NCBI GenBank assembly: GCA_965224085.1
Contig: CBDCYI010000005.1
Location: forward strand, 2,144,001-2,208,000
From: Candidatus Marinacidobacterales bacterium
GTDB taxonomy: Bacteria > Acidobacteriota > Vicinamibacteria > Marinacidobacterales > SMYC01
Reading direction: 5' to 3'
DNA: 64,000 nt
In this document: positions 49,412-61,415 of the stretch, piece by piece
Layout: the number at the start of each line of letters is the position of its first letter
Position numbering within the stretch: position 1 is the first letter of the stretch
Position numbers and translations under genes: made by a program
Notes under the pieces: generated by a model
Told to the model about the DNA's origin: nothing
Databases searched by the model: none
The model's input: the letters and a program-made list of their open reading frames with translations, nothing else

Positions 49412-49965
49412 CAGCCGCGGGTAGCGTGGTCCTCGCCGAGCGCTACGCGCGTGCTCTGCTCGACGTCGTCCTTGAAAAGAAGATGGACGCGACGCGGGTG
49501 GGCGCCGAGCTCACGGAGCTCTCTGAATTCTTCGTCGCCCAGGAGAAGCTCTTCGAGGTCGTGTCGAGCCCGACCGTGGCGTCCGAGACACGAGTCGTGA
49601 TTGTGAACGGCGTTCTCGCGAATCAATCGCTCGTGTCATGCACCCTCAATTTGCTGCGCCTTCTTGCTGCGCGAGGGAGGATGCCGCTGCTTCCGCTCGT
49701 GTCGGAACAGTACGGTCGTCTGCTGCTCGATCACCAAGGAATCCAACCCGGGCATGTGACTTCGGCCCACCTGCTGACGGCGGACCAGCAAAAACGTCTC
49801 TCCGCGAGCCTAAGCAGTGCCCTTGGCAAGACCATGGAGCTCAGCTACAACACCGACGCCGAGCTCGTCGGCGGCCTCGTCGTGCGCATCGGCAATCGTG
49901 TCTACGATGCGAGCGTTATCGCTCAACTGAAACGATTCAAAGAAAAAACACTCTCGAGTTTTTAG
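49408..49965 (+). CDS. atpH: ATP synthase F1 subunit delta
   Basis: [28 protein letters not shown]. Confidence 0.92.
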   Translation: MTAAGSVVLAERYARALLDVVLEKKMDATRVGAELTELSEFFVAQEKLFEVVSSPTVASETRVVIVNGVLANQSLVSCTLNLLRLLAARGRMPLLPLVSEQYGRLLLDHQGIQPGHVTSAHLLTADQQKRLSASLSSALGKTMELSYNTDAELVGGLVVRIGNRVYDASVIAQLKRFKEKTLSSF

Positions 49966-50027
49966 ACTTACGTATCACGAGCCCTGCACGTTGGGCAGAG
50001 GCTCGAGCCGAGGTAAAAGGAACCAGA

Positions 50028-51557
50028 ATGGATATCAGGGCCGATGAGATCACAAAGGTTCTCAAGGAGCAAATTGGCGACTACGAAGCCGATGTCGACG
50101 TTTCCGAAGTGGGCACGGTCGTCTCCGCAGGAGACGGTATTGCACGAATCCACGGGCTCGAGGGCGTCATGTATGGCGAGCTGGTCGAGCTCCCGAACAA
50201 GGTGTTCGGGCTGGCGTTGAACCTCGAGGAAGAATCCGTCGGGCTCGTTCTCTTCGGCGACACGACGCTCATCAAGGAAGGCGACGAAGCCAAACGCACC
50301 CGGAAGATTCTTCAGGTGCCGGTGGGAGAAGAGCTCGTCGGCCGTGTCGTAGACGCGCTCGGCCGGCCTCTCGATGGCAAGGGACCCATCAACGCGAAAC
50401 AAAACAACCCCGTCGAGCGCATCGCGTCCGGCATCATCGACCGCCAGCCAGTAAAAGAGCCTTTGCAGACGGGCATCAAAGCTGTCGACGCCATGATTCC
50501 GATCGGCCGCGGACAGCGTGAGCTCATCATCGGCGACCGACAGACAGGAAAGACCGCCATCGCGGTGGACGCCATCATCAATCAAAAAGGAAAGGACGTC
50601 ATCTGCGTTTATGTCGCCATCGGCCAGAAGCTCTCCACGGTAGCGCAAGTCGTGCAGACCCTCGAAGAAAACGGTGCGATGGAGCACACTATCGTCGTGA
50701 ACGCTTCTGCTTCCGACCCCGCTCCGCTTCAATATCTCGCGCCCTATTCCGGCTGTGCGATGGGCGAATATTTTCTCTACAACGAGCAGCACGCGCTTTG
50801 CGTCTACGACGACTTGTCGAAACACGCGGCGGCCTATCGCGAGATCTCGCTCTTGCTCCGCCGGCCGCCGGGACGCGAAGCCTATCCGGGCGATGTCTTT
50901 TACCTGCATTCGCGCTTGCTCGAGCGGGCCGCCAAGCTCTCCGACGAGAACGGAGGCGGATCGCTCACCGCTTTCCCGTTCATCGAGACGCAAGCGGGCG
51001 ACCTTTCAGCCTACGTGCCTACGAACGTCATCTCGATCACGGATGGTCAGATCTTCCTCGAAGGAGACCTCTTCAATGCCGGCATCCGTCCCGCGGTCAA
51101 TGTCGGTAACTCTGTTAGCCGCGTCGGCGGCTCGGCTCAGATCAAAGCCATGCGCCAAGTGGCCGGTACCATGCGACTCGACCTCGCCCAATATCGCGAG
51201 ATGGCGGCCTTCGCGCAGTTCGGATCCGACCTCGACAAAGCGACCCAGGCGCAGCTCGCCAAAGGCGAGCGTCTCGTCGAGATCCTCAAACAAGACCAAT
51301 ACGAGCCCCTCGCGGTCGAAAAGCAAGTCGCGATCATCTACTCCGCGAATAACGGCTATCTCGACGACCTTCTGGTCTCCGAGTGCGGGCGCTTCGAGCG
51401 CGAGCTCTACGACTATCTCGACGACCGGCACCCGGGCGTGCTCCAGTCGATCCGCGAGAAGAAACACTTCGACGACGAGATCGAACGCAAGGTCAAGATC
51501 GCGCTCGACGAGTTCAAGGGCCAGTTCAAAACCGATTCCGAGGAGCCGGCCGCTTAG
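50028..51557 (+). CDS. atpA: ATP synthase F1 subunit alpha
   Basis: [47 protein letters not shown]. Confidence 0.98.
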   Translation: MDIRADEITKVLKEQIGDYEADVDVSEVGTVVSAGDGIARIHGLEGVMYGELVELPNKVFGLALNLEEESVGLVLFGDTTLIKEGDEAKRTRKILQVPVGEELVGRVVDALGRPLDGKGPINAKQNNPVERIASGIIDRQPVKEPLQTGIKAVDAMIPIGRGQRELIIGDRQTGKTAIAVDAIINQKGKDVICVYVAIGQKLSTVAQVVQTLEENGAMEHTIVVNASASDPAPLQYLAPYSGCAMGEYFLYNEQHALCVYDDLSKHAAAYREISLLLRRPPGREAYPGDVFYLHSRLLERAAKLSDENGGGSLTAFPFIETQAGDLSAYVPTNVISITDGQIFLEGDLFNAGIRPAVNVGNSVSRVGGSAQIKAMRQVAGTMRLDLAQYREMAAFAQFGSDLDKATQAQLAKGERLVEILKQDQYEPLAVEKQVAIIYSANNGYLDDLLVSECGRFERELYDYLDDRHPGVLQSIREKKHFDDEIERKVKIALDEFKGQFKTDSEEPAA

Positions 51558-51589
51558 CTCGCGCCACGCATATTTGAGGACCGAACCAG

Positions 51590-52459
51590 ATGCCGAGCCT
51601 TCGCGATCTGAAGCGCCGCACGCAGAGCGTCAAGAACACGCAGCAGATCACTAAAGCCATGAAGATGGTCTCCGCAGCCAAGCTCCGTCGGGCGCAAGAT
51701 GCCATCCTCTCCGCGAGACCCTTCGCCAAGAAGATGCTCGAGGTGCTCAACAGCCTAGCGACGCGCGCCGACGCGGACGCCCATCCTTTGCTTCGCGAAC
51801 GCGAGCCCGCCAATGTCGACGTCGTCGTCATTAGTGCCGACAAGGGGCTGTGCGGATCGTTCAACGCCAACATCATGAAGAGGGCGGAAGATTTTCTCGG
51901 CGGTGTCCAGTCCGAGACGCTCGACGTTCAAGTTGTCGGCAAAAAGACCCGAGACTATTTCAAGCGCCGCAAATACAACATCCGCCATCAATTCGTGGAC
52001 ATCTTTCGCGACCTCACCTATGACACCGCGGGAAGCATTGCGCAGCCCCTCATCGAACGCTATAGCGACTCGAAATCCGAAGAACGCGTCGATGCCGTCT
52101 ACCTGATCTACAACGAGTTCAAGAACGTCATGCAGCAGGACGTTGTGGTCGAGAGACTCCTGCCGATCGAAAAGCTCCAGTTCGAAAAACCCGAGGAAGA
52201 GCTCGACTACATCTACGAGCCCACCGCGGCCGAAATCTATGACGCGGTGATCCCGCGACACGTCGAGTATCAGGTGTGGCATGCACTTCTCGAATCCGCG
52301 GCGGCTGAGCAAGCTGCGCGCATGACCGCCATGGAGAACGCGAGCAAGAACGCCGCCGAGCTCATCGACCAGCTGACGCTCACGATGAACAAAGTGCGGC
52401 AAACAACGATTACGAGAGAGATTTTGGAGATCGTCTCGGGCGCCGAGGCGATCAAGTAG
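51590..52459 (+). CDS. atpG: ATP synthase F1 subunit gamma
   Basis: QITKAMKMVSAAKLRRA, DKGLCGSFN, ARMTAMENA, ITREILEIVSGA. Confidence 0.98.
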   Translation: MPSLRDLKRRTQSVKNTQQITKAMKMVSAAKLRRAQDAILSARPFAKKMLEVLNSLATRADADAHPLLREREPANVDVVVISADKGLCGSFNANIMKRAEDFLGGVQSETLDVQVVGKKTRDYFKRRKYNIRHQFVDIFRDLTYDTAGSIAQPLIERYSDSKSEERVDAVYLIYNEFKNVMQQDVVVERLLPIEKLQFEKPEEELDYIYEPTAAEIYDAVIPRHVEYQVWHALLESAAAEQAARMTAMENASKNAAELIDQLTLTMNKVRQTTITREILEIVSGAEAIK

Positions 52460-52494
52460 CAGCCAGCAACAAGCAGCAGCAGGGTGTCGAATGA

Positions 52495-54036
<1,542 letters not shown>

Positions 54037-54040
54037 AGCC

Positions 54041-54466
54041 ATGGCAGACACATCCCGGATCGAGCTCGAGATCGTAACGCCCGCGGGCGTCGTCATGCGC
54101 GAGGATGTCGACGAAGTCGAAGCTCCCGGCATCCTCGGCCATTTCGGGGTGCTCCCGGGTCACCGCCCGTTCATGAGCCAGCTTCGCGCGGGCGAACTGC
54201 GCTACCGCACGGGCTCGGCGAATCATTTCGTCGCCGTACACTGGGGCTTCGCGGAAGTCCTGCCGAACAAAGTCACGGTTCTCGTCGAGACCGCCGAAGT
54301 CGCGGAAGATATCGACTTGCAGCGGGCAGAGTCCGCGAAAAAACGCGCCGAAGCACGTCTGCAGCAATTCGGGACGGCCTATGACGCGGACGACGCCCGT
54401 GAAGCTTACGATCGCGCAGAGAGCCGTCTCGAGGCGGCACAGCACGCCCAGAAAAAGCAGAACTAG
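54041..54466 (+). CDS. atpC: ATP synthase F1 subunit epsilon
   Basis: LEIVTP, GHFGVLPGHRP, GFAEV, EDIDLQRAE. Confidence 0.95.
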   Translation: MADTSRIELEIVTPAGVVMREDVDEVEAPGILGHFGVLPGHRPFMSQLRAGELRYRTGSANHFVAVHWGFAEVLPNKVTVLVETAEVAEDIDLQRAESAKKRAEARLQQFGTAYDADDAREAYDRAESRLEAAQHAQKKQN

Positions 54467-54554
54467 GGCACTAGGAGCGGCGCCCTTTAATTGGTGTGCT
54501 CGAACTTCCCCTTCAGCTTAAGAATGCTGACGGCTGACATAGTAAGATGCCGGC

Positions 54555-55421
54555 GTGCATGGGGCTCGCGAGGTTCGTCTGTCGCCGCCCGCCGCCCGCC
54601 CTTTCGTAAAATGGGCCGGGGGCAAAGGCACGCTCGTCGGTGCGATCGCGGAGAGGATTCCAAAGGACCGGACGTACCGCCGCTATGTCGAGCCTTTCGT
54701 CGGCGCGGGTGCTATGTTCTTTTGGATACGCCGCAGCTTTCCCGACCTCCCGGCGACCATCGGCGACTCGAACGAAGAGCTCATCGTCGCCTATGAGGCG
54801 GTGCGAGACGACGTCGACAGTGTGATCAGTAAACTCGAGACCCACGCGCACCTCCATCGTGAAGAGCACTATTACGCCGTTCGCGCGAAAGTGCCGCACG
54901 GAGAGACGGAGCGCGCGGCGCGGTTCATCTACCTCAACCGCACTTGCTACAACGGTCTCTATCGCGTGAACCGGAAGGGGCAGTTCAACGTTCCGATGGG
55001 ACGCTACGACAAACCCAAAATACTCGACCGAGAGAATATTCTCGCGGTATCGACGGCGCTTAGAGACGTGGAGCTTCGTCGCGGGGACTTTGGTGCGCTC
55101 ACGGACGATTGTGGCGCGGGCGACCTCGTTTACCTCGACCCGCCTTACGTTCCATTATCGGAAACGAGCCAGTTCACGAGTTACACGCGGGATGGCTTCG
55201 GACGGCCCGAACAGGAACGGCTCGCAAAAACATTCGCGGCGGGGGTCGCGCGCGGCGCGTCGGTCATTCTCTCGAACAGCGACACGCCGCTCGTGCGGGA
55301 ACTCTACAGCGCGCTGGTGCCGAAACCTTCTTTCGATGCCGTGACAGTGCCGCGCTCGATCAATTCCAAGGCCGGCGGTCGCGGCCGCATCCGCGAGCTT
55401 CTGATTTATCACCATCCGTAG
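54555..55421 (+). CDS. dam: D12-class N6-adenine DNA methyltransferase (Dam-like), no adjacent nuclease
   Basis: PFVKWAGGK, YVEPFVGAGA, YLNRTCYNGLYRVN, VYLDPPY, LSNSD. Confidence 0.9.
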   Translation: MHGAREVRLSPPAARPFVKWAGGKGTLVGAIAERIPKDRTYRRYVEPFVGAGAMFFWIRRSFPDLPATIGDSNEELIVAYEAVRDDVDSVISKLETHAHLHREEHYYAVRAKVPHGETERAARFIYLNRTCYNGLYRVNRKGQFNVPMGRYDKPKILDRENILAVSTALRDVELRRGDFGALTDDCGAGDLVYLDPPYVPLSETSQFTSYTRDGFGRPEQERLAKTFAAGVARGASVILSNSDTPLVRELYSALVPKPSFDAVTVPRSINSKAGGRGRIRELLIYHHP

Positions 55422-55441
55422 CCATCTGTAGATAGCCGCGA

Positions 55442-55873
55442 TCAGCTACGGATCAACACTTTGGCGTTCCCGGCGATGACCGTTTCGCCGTTTCGTTGAA
55501 GGCGCAGCCACACGATATAGGTCCCCGGCTCACTGAACTGATGGCTCGCGCTGAAGCGTCGCTTGAGCTCCATTCCTTCTTCGAAAGGATCGCAATCGGG
55601 CGAGTATTCGGAGTCGGTGTCGTCGTCCCATTCCCAGACCTCGTCGAGGCAGTAATACTCCTCGAGATCCTCGACGTCGTCGAGATCCTTGAGCTCGGCC
55701 GATATACGGATCGTGACGCGAGGGCGCCTTCGGTCGTTTGGCATGCGGGGCCGCATGAACGTGGCCCGCGGCGCCTTCAGTTTGAGCTGCGGCCCATCCG
55801 CCCGCACCGACGTGCTCGAAGCGGACAGCGCCAGCAGCAGTGCGAGTAGCAGCAAACCGACGATTTCTCTCAT
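55442..55873 (-). CDS. Small secreted hypothetical protein, possibly PKD/Ig-like
   Basis: Signal peptide; WEWDD..HQFSEPGTYIVWLRL. Confidence 0.65.
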   Translation of the reverse strand: MREIVGLLLLALLLALSASSTSVRADGPQLKLKAPRATFMRPRMPNDRRRPRVTIRISAELKDLDDVEDLEEYYCLDEVWEWDDDTDSEYSPDCDPFEEGMELKRRFSASHQFSEPGTYIVWLRLQRNGETVIAGNAKVLIRS

Positions 55874-55880
55874 AGTGACC

Positions 55881-57923
55881 CTATCTTAGCACTCGCCTTT
55901 GGAGGGTAGAAACGACCTCGCTCACATCGTCCGTAGGGGCTTGGCAGCTATAGCTCTCGCAGACGTAGAAACGCGGAGCGTCCGGATTGGGACCTGCCGT
56001 TTTGCCTTCGAATAGCGGGATGTCGATCTCCGTGTCCCTCTCGGGGTCGGTGAGGGCGATGGACACGTTAGGTGCGTAAACACTCCAGAGGTCGCTGAGC
56101 GCCTCTTTCGTCGCGGTGGTCTCTCGCGGACCGGCTACGACAATCTCCCGCTTCTCTGAAAGATAGAAATCGACCGCCGCTAGCATTTGCGCGAAACCGG
56201 CCGGCGATCGCTCTAGCTGTGCTTGGAACGCGTGGAGGCTATTCACTGCGAGCAACTCGACGTCGCGCGCGCCCGTGTACTCCGCGAGCTTCAACAAGTA
56301 TGTGGCCGCGATACCGTTTCCGGAGGGGATCGCTCCGTCGAAGCCGGTTTTCGTGCGTGTGATGAGAGGTTCGTGATCGGAACCCGTGAAGTAAAAACCA
56401 CCTCGGTTCTCGTCGACGAAGAGCGTTTTCATCGCGTCCACCATCTGGCGCGCGCGCTCGAGCCACTCCGCGTCGAAGTCGCACTCGAAAAGCTCAACGT
56501 AGCCCGCGAGAAAAAACGCGTGGTCGTCGAGATAGGCCTTGTGTTGCGCTCGGCCGCTCCGATACGTTGCGAGAAGGCGATCGCCGTCATAGAGGGCCGA
56601 TTCAATGAAGCGGGCGGCGCGTCGGGCGGAATCGAGAAATCGATCGTCACCCAAGACGCGGTAGGCCCGCGCCATGGCTACGACCATGAGCCCGTTCCAG
56701 CTCGTGAGAATCTTGTCATCGAGGCCCGGATGCACACGCGCGTCCCGGCTCTTCAAGAGTTTCTGACGCGAAGACTCGAGGCTCTCATCGAAGGACTGGA
56801 GGCCACCCGAGAGATTCAAGATCGTCTTGCCTTCCCAATTCCCCGAAGGCGTCACGTCATAAGCCTTGGCGAAAGGCTCGAAAGCGTCCCCGAGGAGCGC
56901 CCGCAGCTCGGTGTGCGACCACACGTAGAACTTCCCCTCTTCACCTTCGCTGTCGGCGTCCTGGGTGCTGTAATACCCACCTTTGTCGCACTGCATCTCT
57001 CGCAGCACCCACTCGAGGGTCGCTCTCGCGACGCGAGCATAGGCTTCGCTGCCGGTGACGCGGTACGCGTCGAGGTAGACGGGTGCCAAGAGAGCATTGT
57101 CGTAGAGCATCTTCTCGAAATGCGGCACGAGCCAACGCTCGTCCGTCGAATAGCGGTGAAAGCCCCCACCCAGGTGATCGTACATGCCGCCCGCCGCCAT
57201 TTTGTCGAGCGTTAGCTCGACCATCGCGAGAACCTCGCCGTCCCCGCTTGTACTGTGGTGGCGGAGCAGAAGCGAAAGCCCGCCGTAAGGAGGAAATTTG
57301 GGCGCGGGAGAGAAGCCGCCATCGCGCGCATCGAAGCGGGTGCCGAGCTCGCGAGCAGCGAGGCTTACCACATTACGAGTCAGGATCACGGACGTTTTCG
57401 GCGTGGACGAGAGCACTTGCAGCCGCCGCGTTAACGCATCCGACGTTTGTTGTATCTTGTTCCGCTCCTCTGCGAAGACCCGCGCGAGCTCGGTCAACAC
57501 CGTCTTGAAGCCGGGGCGCCCGAAGCGGTCATCGGGCGGAAAATAGGTGCCGCCATAGAAGGGCTTGAGCGCCGGTGTGAGAAACACCGTCAACGGCCAG
57601 CCGCCCGAGCCCGTCATCATTTGAACGGCGTTCATATAAATTTCGTCGATGTCGGGCCGCTCTTCGCGATCGACCTTGATGGAGACGAAGTGCTCGTTCA
57701 AAAGCGCAGCGATCTCCTCGCTCTCGAACGATTCGCGCTCCATCACATGACACCAGTGGCAGGCGGAATAGCCGACAGAGAGCATGAGAGGTTTGTCGTC
57801 GTTGCGCGCCTTTTGGAGCGCTTCTTCTCCCCACGGATACCACGCGACGGGGTTTCTAGCGTGCTGGAGAAGATAGGGGCTCGTCTCGTCGATCAGCCGG
57901 TTCGTTTTACCCGACGCGCTCAC
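55881..57923 (-). CDS. Thioredoxin-domain YyaL/SPATA20-family protein
   Basis: [64 protein letters not shown]. Confidence 0.93.
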   Translation of the reverse strand: MSASGKTNRLIDETSPYLLQHARNPVAWYPWGEEALQKARNDDKPLMLSVGYSACHWCHVMERESFESEEIAALLNEHFVSIKVDREERPDIDEIYMNAVQMMTGSGGWPLTVFLTPALKPFYGGTYFPPDDRFGRPGFKTVLTELARVFAEERNKIQQTSDALTRRLQVLSSTPKTSVILTRNVVSLAARELGTRFDARDGGFSPAPKFPPYGGLSLLLRHHSTSGDGEVLAMVELTLDKMAAGGMYDHLGGGFHRYSTDERWLVPHFEKMLYDNALLAPVYLDAYRVTGSEAYARVARATLEWVLREMQCDKGGYYSTQDADSEGEEGKFYVWSHTELRALLGDAFEPFAKAYDVTPSGNWEGKTILNLSGGLQSFDESLESSRQKLLKSRDARVHPGLDDKILTSWNGLMVVAMARAYRVLGDDRFLDSARRAARFIESALYDGDRLLATYRSGRAQHKAYLDDHAFFLAGYVELFECDFDAEWLERARQMVDAMKTLFVDENRGGFYFTGSDHEPLITRTKTGFDGAIPSGNGIAATYLLKLAEYTGARDVELLAVNSLHAFQAQLERSPAGFAQMLAAVDFYLSEKREIVVAGPRETTATKEALSDLWSVYAPNVSIALTDPERDTEIDIPLFEGKTAGPNPDAPRFYVCESYSCQAPTDDVSEVVSTLQRRVLR

Positions 57924-58960
57924 TCGTCACCGTTTTTGAGCCCGCCCCAGCGGAAGAGCGACGCTCCAGCGGTAAAACCGGCGCCCACGGAGCTGAAGAG
58001 GATAACGTCACCTTTGTCGAGGCGCTGTTCTTCGATCGCGTCGTAGAGCGCGAGCGGTATCGTCGCGCCGGTGGTGTTGCCAAACTTGTGGATGTTCTTG
58101 ACGACTTTCTCCGCGGGAAGTCCAAGCCGCTCCGCGGTCGCGTCTAAGATACGGACATTCGCTTGATGTGCGATCAGAAGCTTCACGTCGGCTGGCGTCA
58201 TGTCGTAGCGGTCGAGAAGTGTCGTGGTCGTCTCGTAGGTGCGTCGCACGGCATATTTAAAGACCTGTCGGCCTTCCTGGTGGACGTAGTGCATCCCTTT
58301 TTGCACGGTCTCATCCGAGGCGGGATGCTGGCTGCCGCCGCCCGGCATGTGGAGAAACTGCCCACCACGTCCCTCGATTTTGTGCTCGAAGCCGATCAAG
58401 CCGGCGTCGCCGTCGGAGGCTTCGAGGAGCACCGCCCCTGCGCCGTCGCCGAAGATGACGCATGTGGCGCGGTCCTGATAATTGACGATGCTGCTCATGA
58501 TGTCCGCGCCGATGACCAGCACGCGCTCGTGCATCCCGCTCGCGATGAATTGCGAGCCGACCGAGAGCGAATAAACGAATCCGCAGCAAGCCGCGGAGAG
58601 ATCGAATCCCCACGCGCGCGAGGCGCCAATCTTGTCTTGAACGAGACAAGCGGTGGCGGGGAACATCATGTCCGGCGTCACCGTTCCGACGATGATGAGA
58701 TCGACATCGTCGGCGGAGAGGCCTCGGCGATCGAGCGCTTCCTGGGCCGCTTTGGACGCGAGCTCTGAGGTGCCCGTACCCTTTTCGGCGATATGTCGCT
58801 CACGAATCCCGGTACGACCATGGATCCACTCATCCGAAGTCTCGACCATCTCGGCGAGGTCCTGATTGCTGAGCACTTTCTCGGGAAGATAGCGCCCAAC
58901 GGACGTGATAGTGGCACGGCGTTGCGTCATGACAGGATGGTCTCCGTTCGCGGCTGACAT
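57920..58960 (-). CDS. fabH: 3-oxoacyl-ACP synthase III
   Basis: [46 protein letters not shown]; start may be ATG 58930. Confidence 0.95.
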   Translation of the reverse strand: MSAANGDHPVMTQRRATITSVGRYLPEKVLSNQDLAEMVETSDEWIHGRTGIRERHIAEKGTGTSELASKAAQEALDRRGLSADDVDLIIVGTVTPDMMFPATACLVQDKIGASRAWGFDLSAACCGFVYSLSVGSQFIASGMHERVLVIGADIMSSIVNYQDRATCVIFGDGAGAVLLEASDGDAGLIGFEHKIEGRGGQFLHMPGGGSQHPASDETVQKGMHYVHQEGRQVFKYAVRRTYETTTTLLDRYDMTPADVKLLIAHQANVRILDATAERLGLPAEKVVKNIHKFGNTTGATIPLALYDAIEEQRLDKGDVILFSSVGAGFTAGASLFRWGGLKNGDE

Positions 58961-59129
58961 AATCCCCCAATCCTACGTCGGAGCCAAGTTCCGGTCAATC
59001 CCTAGACGTAGCTATGATTTACGAGCGGCAAACGTGCCGTCCGGCCCCCCGGCTTGAGCGATGGACTCCAAAAGCGTAATATCTGGGGTTGCACGACTAA
59101 CTGCTTGAGAGCAGTAGGGATAAACCATT

Positions 59130-59792
59130 TTGGCGGCAGCGGCTTTTTACGATCTCGATGGCACTTTGGTGAGCACGAACCTCGTACACGTGTTCGCCTT
59201 CTATGCGCGCAACGATCAAGGAATTCTCAAGAGCTTAAAGCGCTCCGCGGCGACGATTGCCGGGCTGCCGATCTTCATCGTTGCCGATGCTTATAGCCGC
59301 AAAGTCTTCAACGACATCTTTTTCAAGTGGTACAAGGGCCAATCTGAAGATCGGCTTCGCTATCTCGCGGAGCACCTTTTCGAGGAAGTCATCGGTCCGG
59401 CGGTCTATCCAGGAACGCTTCCGCTGCTCGAGAAATCGCGAAGAACGGGGCTGCGCCAAGTGATCGTGACCGGCGCCCTCGACATCACGATCCAGCCGCT
59501 CCTGCGATATCTCGGCATTACCGAATATGTCGCCAACCGCCTCGAGTTCGTGGACGGCCACGCCACGGGCCGGCTGAAACCGCCCATTATGGCGAGCGCT
59601 ACCAAAGCGTCCTGGATTCGCACCTATTCGGAGAAAGAGGGCTTGTCGCTCAGCGACTGTTTCGCCTATGCGGACAGCATGAGCGATCTTCCGATGCTTT
59701 CCGTTGTCGGGCATCCGACCGCGACCAACCCGGACATGCGGCTCCGGAGCACCGCCCTTCGCCACGACTGGCCCATCGTGCGTTTGCACTAA
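59130..59792 (+). CDS. HAD-IB family phosphatase (ElbB-like)
   Basis: AAFYDLDGTL, IVTGAL, AYADSMSDLPMLSVVGHP. Confidence 0.85.
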   Translation: MAAAAFYDLDGTLVSTNLVHVFAFYARNDQGILKSLKRSAATIAGLPIFIVADAYSRKVFNDIFFKWYKGQSEDRLRYLAEHLFEEVIGPAVYPGTLPLLEKSRRTGLRQVIVTGALDITIQPLLRYLGITEYVANRLEFVDGHATGRLKPPIMASATKASWIRTYSEKEGLSLSDCFAYADSMSDLPMLSVVGHPTATNPDMRLRSTALRHDWPIVRLH

Positions 59793-59813
59793 TCAAATCA
59801 TGAAAGGCACCGA

Positions 59814-61412
59814 ATGAGTCCCGTTTTGCGGCGGAAGCTCGACCCGGGAACGGTTTACATCGACACCGACTCCGCGCCGCGCTTGATTCACTACGGCGAG
59901 GATTTTTGGGAAGAGGACCTTCCCGTTGGCGCACGCGTCATTTATCCAAAGCCTCCGATTCAGGGACTTCCAAACCCTCGCGGCGCGATCCGGCACGCGG
60001 TAAACCACCCCCACGGTTGCGATCCGCTCCACGCGCAACTCAGCCCGGGGATGAAAGTCACCATCGCCGTCGACGACATCAGTTTGCCGCTACCCCCGAT
60101 GATCACACCGGACACGCGGCAGACGGCGCTCGAAGTCGTTCTCGAGTTGCTCGAGGATCACGGGGTCGACGACGTCCACATCATCGTTGCGAACTCGCTC
60201 CACCGGAAGATGACGGAGCCGGAGATGCGCCGCATGGTGGGCGCCGGAATCCACGACGCGTTTCATCCGGACCGCTACTACTGTCACGACGCAGAAGAGC
60301 CGGACGGTATCGTCTATCTCGGAAAGACCGACCGCAGCGAGCACGTGCGCATCAACCGGCGCGCGGTCGAGAGCGATCTCGTCATCTACATCAACATCAA
60401 CCTCGTTCCGATGGATGGCGGCCACAAATCAGTGACAGTCGGCCTTTGCGACTATCGCAGCTTGACCTACCATCACGATCCTCAGACCATCCGCGACTCG
60501 CATGGCTATATGGACCCGCCGGCGTCGGAGCTGAACCACAAATGCGTACGCATGGGCGCTATCGTCGACGAGCACATGAACGTTTTTCACATCGAGACCG
60601 TGCTCAACAACCGGATGTATCACGACCAGCTCGACTTTCTCGGCAAGAACGAGGATGACTTCAGCGAGCTCGACCGGATGAAGCTCCGCGCCACGCGATG
60701 GTCGACAGGGAAGATGCCACGTGCGGCGAAGCGGGCGTTTTTTCACAACCTCCCGGCGCCATACGAGCTCATCGCCTGCTACGCAGGCAAGACCGATCCG
60801 GTGCACGAAAAGACGCTCGAGCGTTGCTTCGACCAATATGCCGTCAAGGTCAACGGCCAGTGCGATATTCTGATCGTCGGCGTTCCCTACATCTCGCCGT
60901 ACAATGTGAACTCGGTTCTCAACCCGCTCCTCGTTCAAGTCATGGGCCCGGGCTATTTCTTCAATCTTTTCCGCGGCAAACCCCTCTTGCGCAAAGGTGG
61001 CGTTCTGATTCTTTGCCATCCCTGCTACGACGAGTTCGACGCGGAGTTCCACCCGAGCTATATCGAGTTCTTCCACCGGCTGCTTCCCGAGACGAACGAC
61101 GCCTTTACGCTCCGCGAGAAATATGAAGAAGAGTTCGCGACCAACCCGAGCTACATACAGATGTATCGTCAAGGGAACGCCTACCACGGCGCACATCCAT
61201 TCTTCATGTGGTATTGGGGCGAGAACGGACGCCAGCACGTGAGCAAGATCATCGCCGCGGGTGCGGAGAATCAGCACGTGCCCGAGCTTCTCGGCTGGGA
61301 TCGTGCGGAGACCCTCGCCGAAGCGATCGCGAATGCGCGCAGCCATATGGGCCGCTCTGCCGAGATCACGATGCTCCATCTTCCGCCCATCATTATCCCC
61401 GAGGTCGAATAG
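59814..61412 (+). CDS. Lactate racemase-like (LarA/DUF2088) domain protein (ElbC-like)
   Basis: [45 protein letters not shown]. Confidence 0.72.
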   Translation: MSPVLRRKLDPGTVYIDTDSAPRLIHYGEDFWEEDLPVGARVIYPKPPIQGLPNPRGAIRHAVNHPHGCDPLHAQLSPGMKVTIAVDDISLPLPPMITPDTRQTALEVVLELLEDHGVDDVHIIVANSLHRKMTEPEMRRMVGAGIHDAFHPDRYYCHDAEEPDGIVYLGKTDRSEHVRINRRAVESDLVIYININLVPMDGGHKSVTVGLCDYRSLTYHHDPQTIRDSHGYMDPPASELNHKCVRMGAIVDEHMNVFHIETVLNNRMYHDQLDFLGKNEDDFSELDRMKLRATRWSTGKMPRAAKRAFFHNLPAPYELIACYAGKTDPVHEKTLERCFDQYAVKVNGQCDILIVGVPYISPYNVNSVLNPLLVQVMGPGYFFNLFRGKPLLRKGGVLILCHPCYDEFDAEFHPSYIEFFHRLLPETNDAFTLREKYEEEFATNPSYIQMYRQGNAYHGAHPFFMWYWGENGRQHVSKIIAAGAENQHVPELLGWDRAETLAEAIANARSHMGRSAEITMLHLPPIIIPEVE

Positions 61413-61415
61413 AAC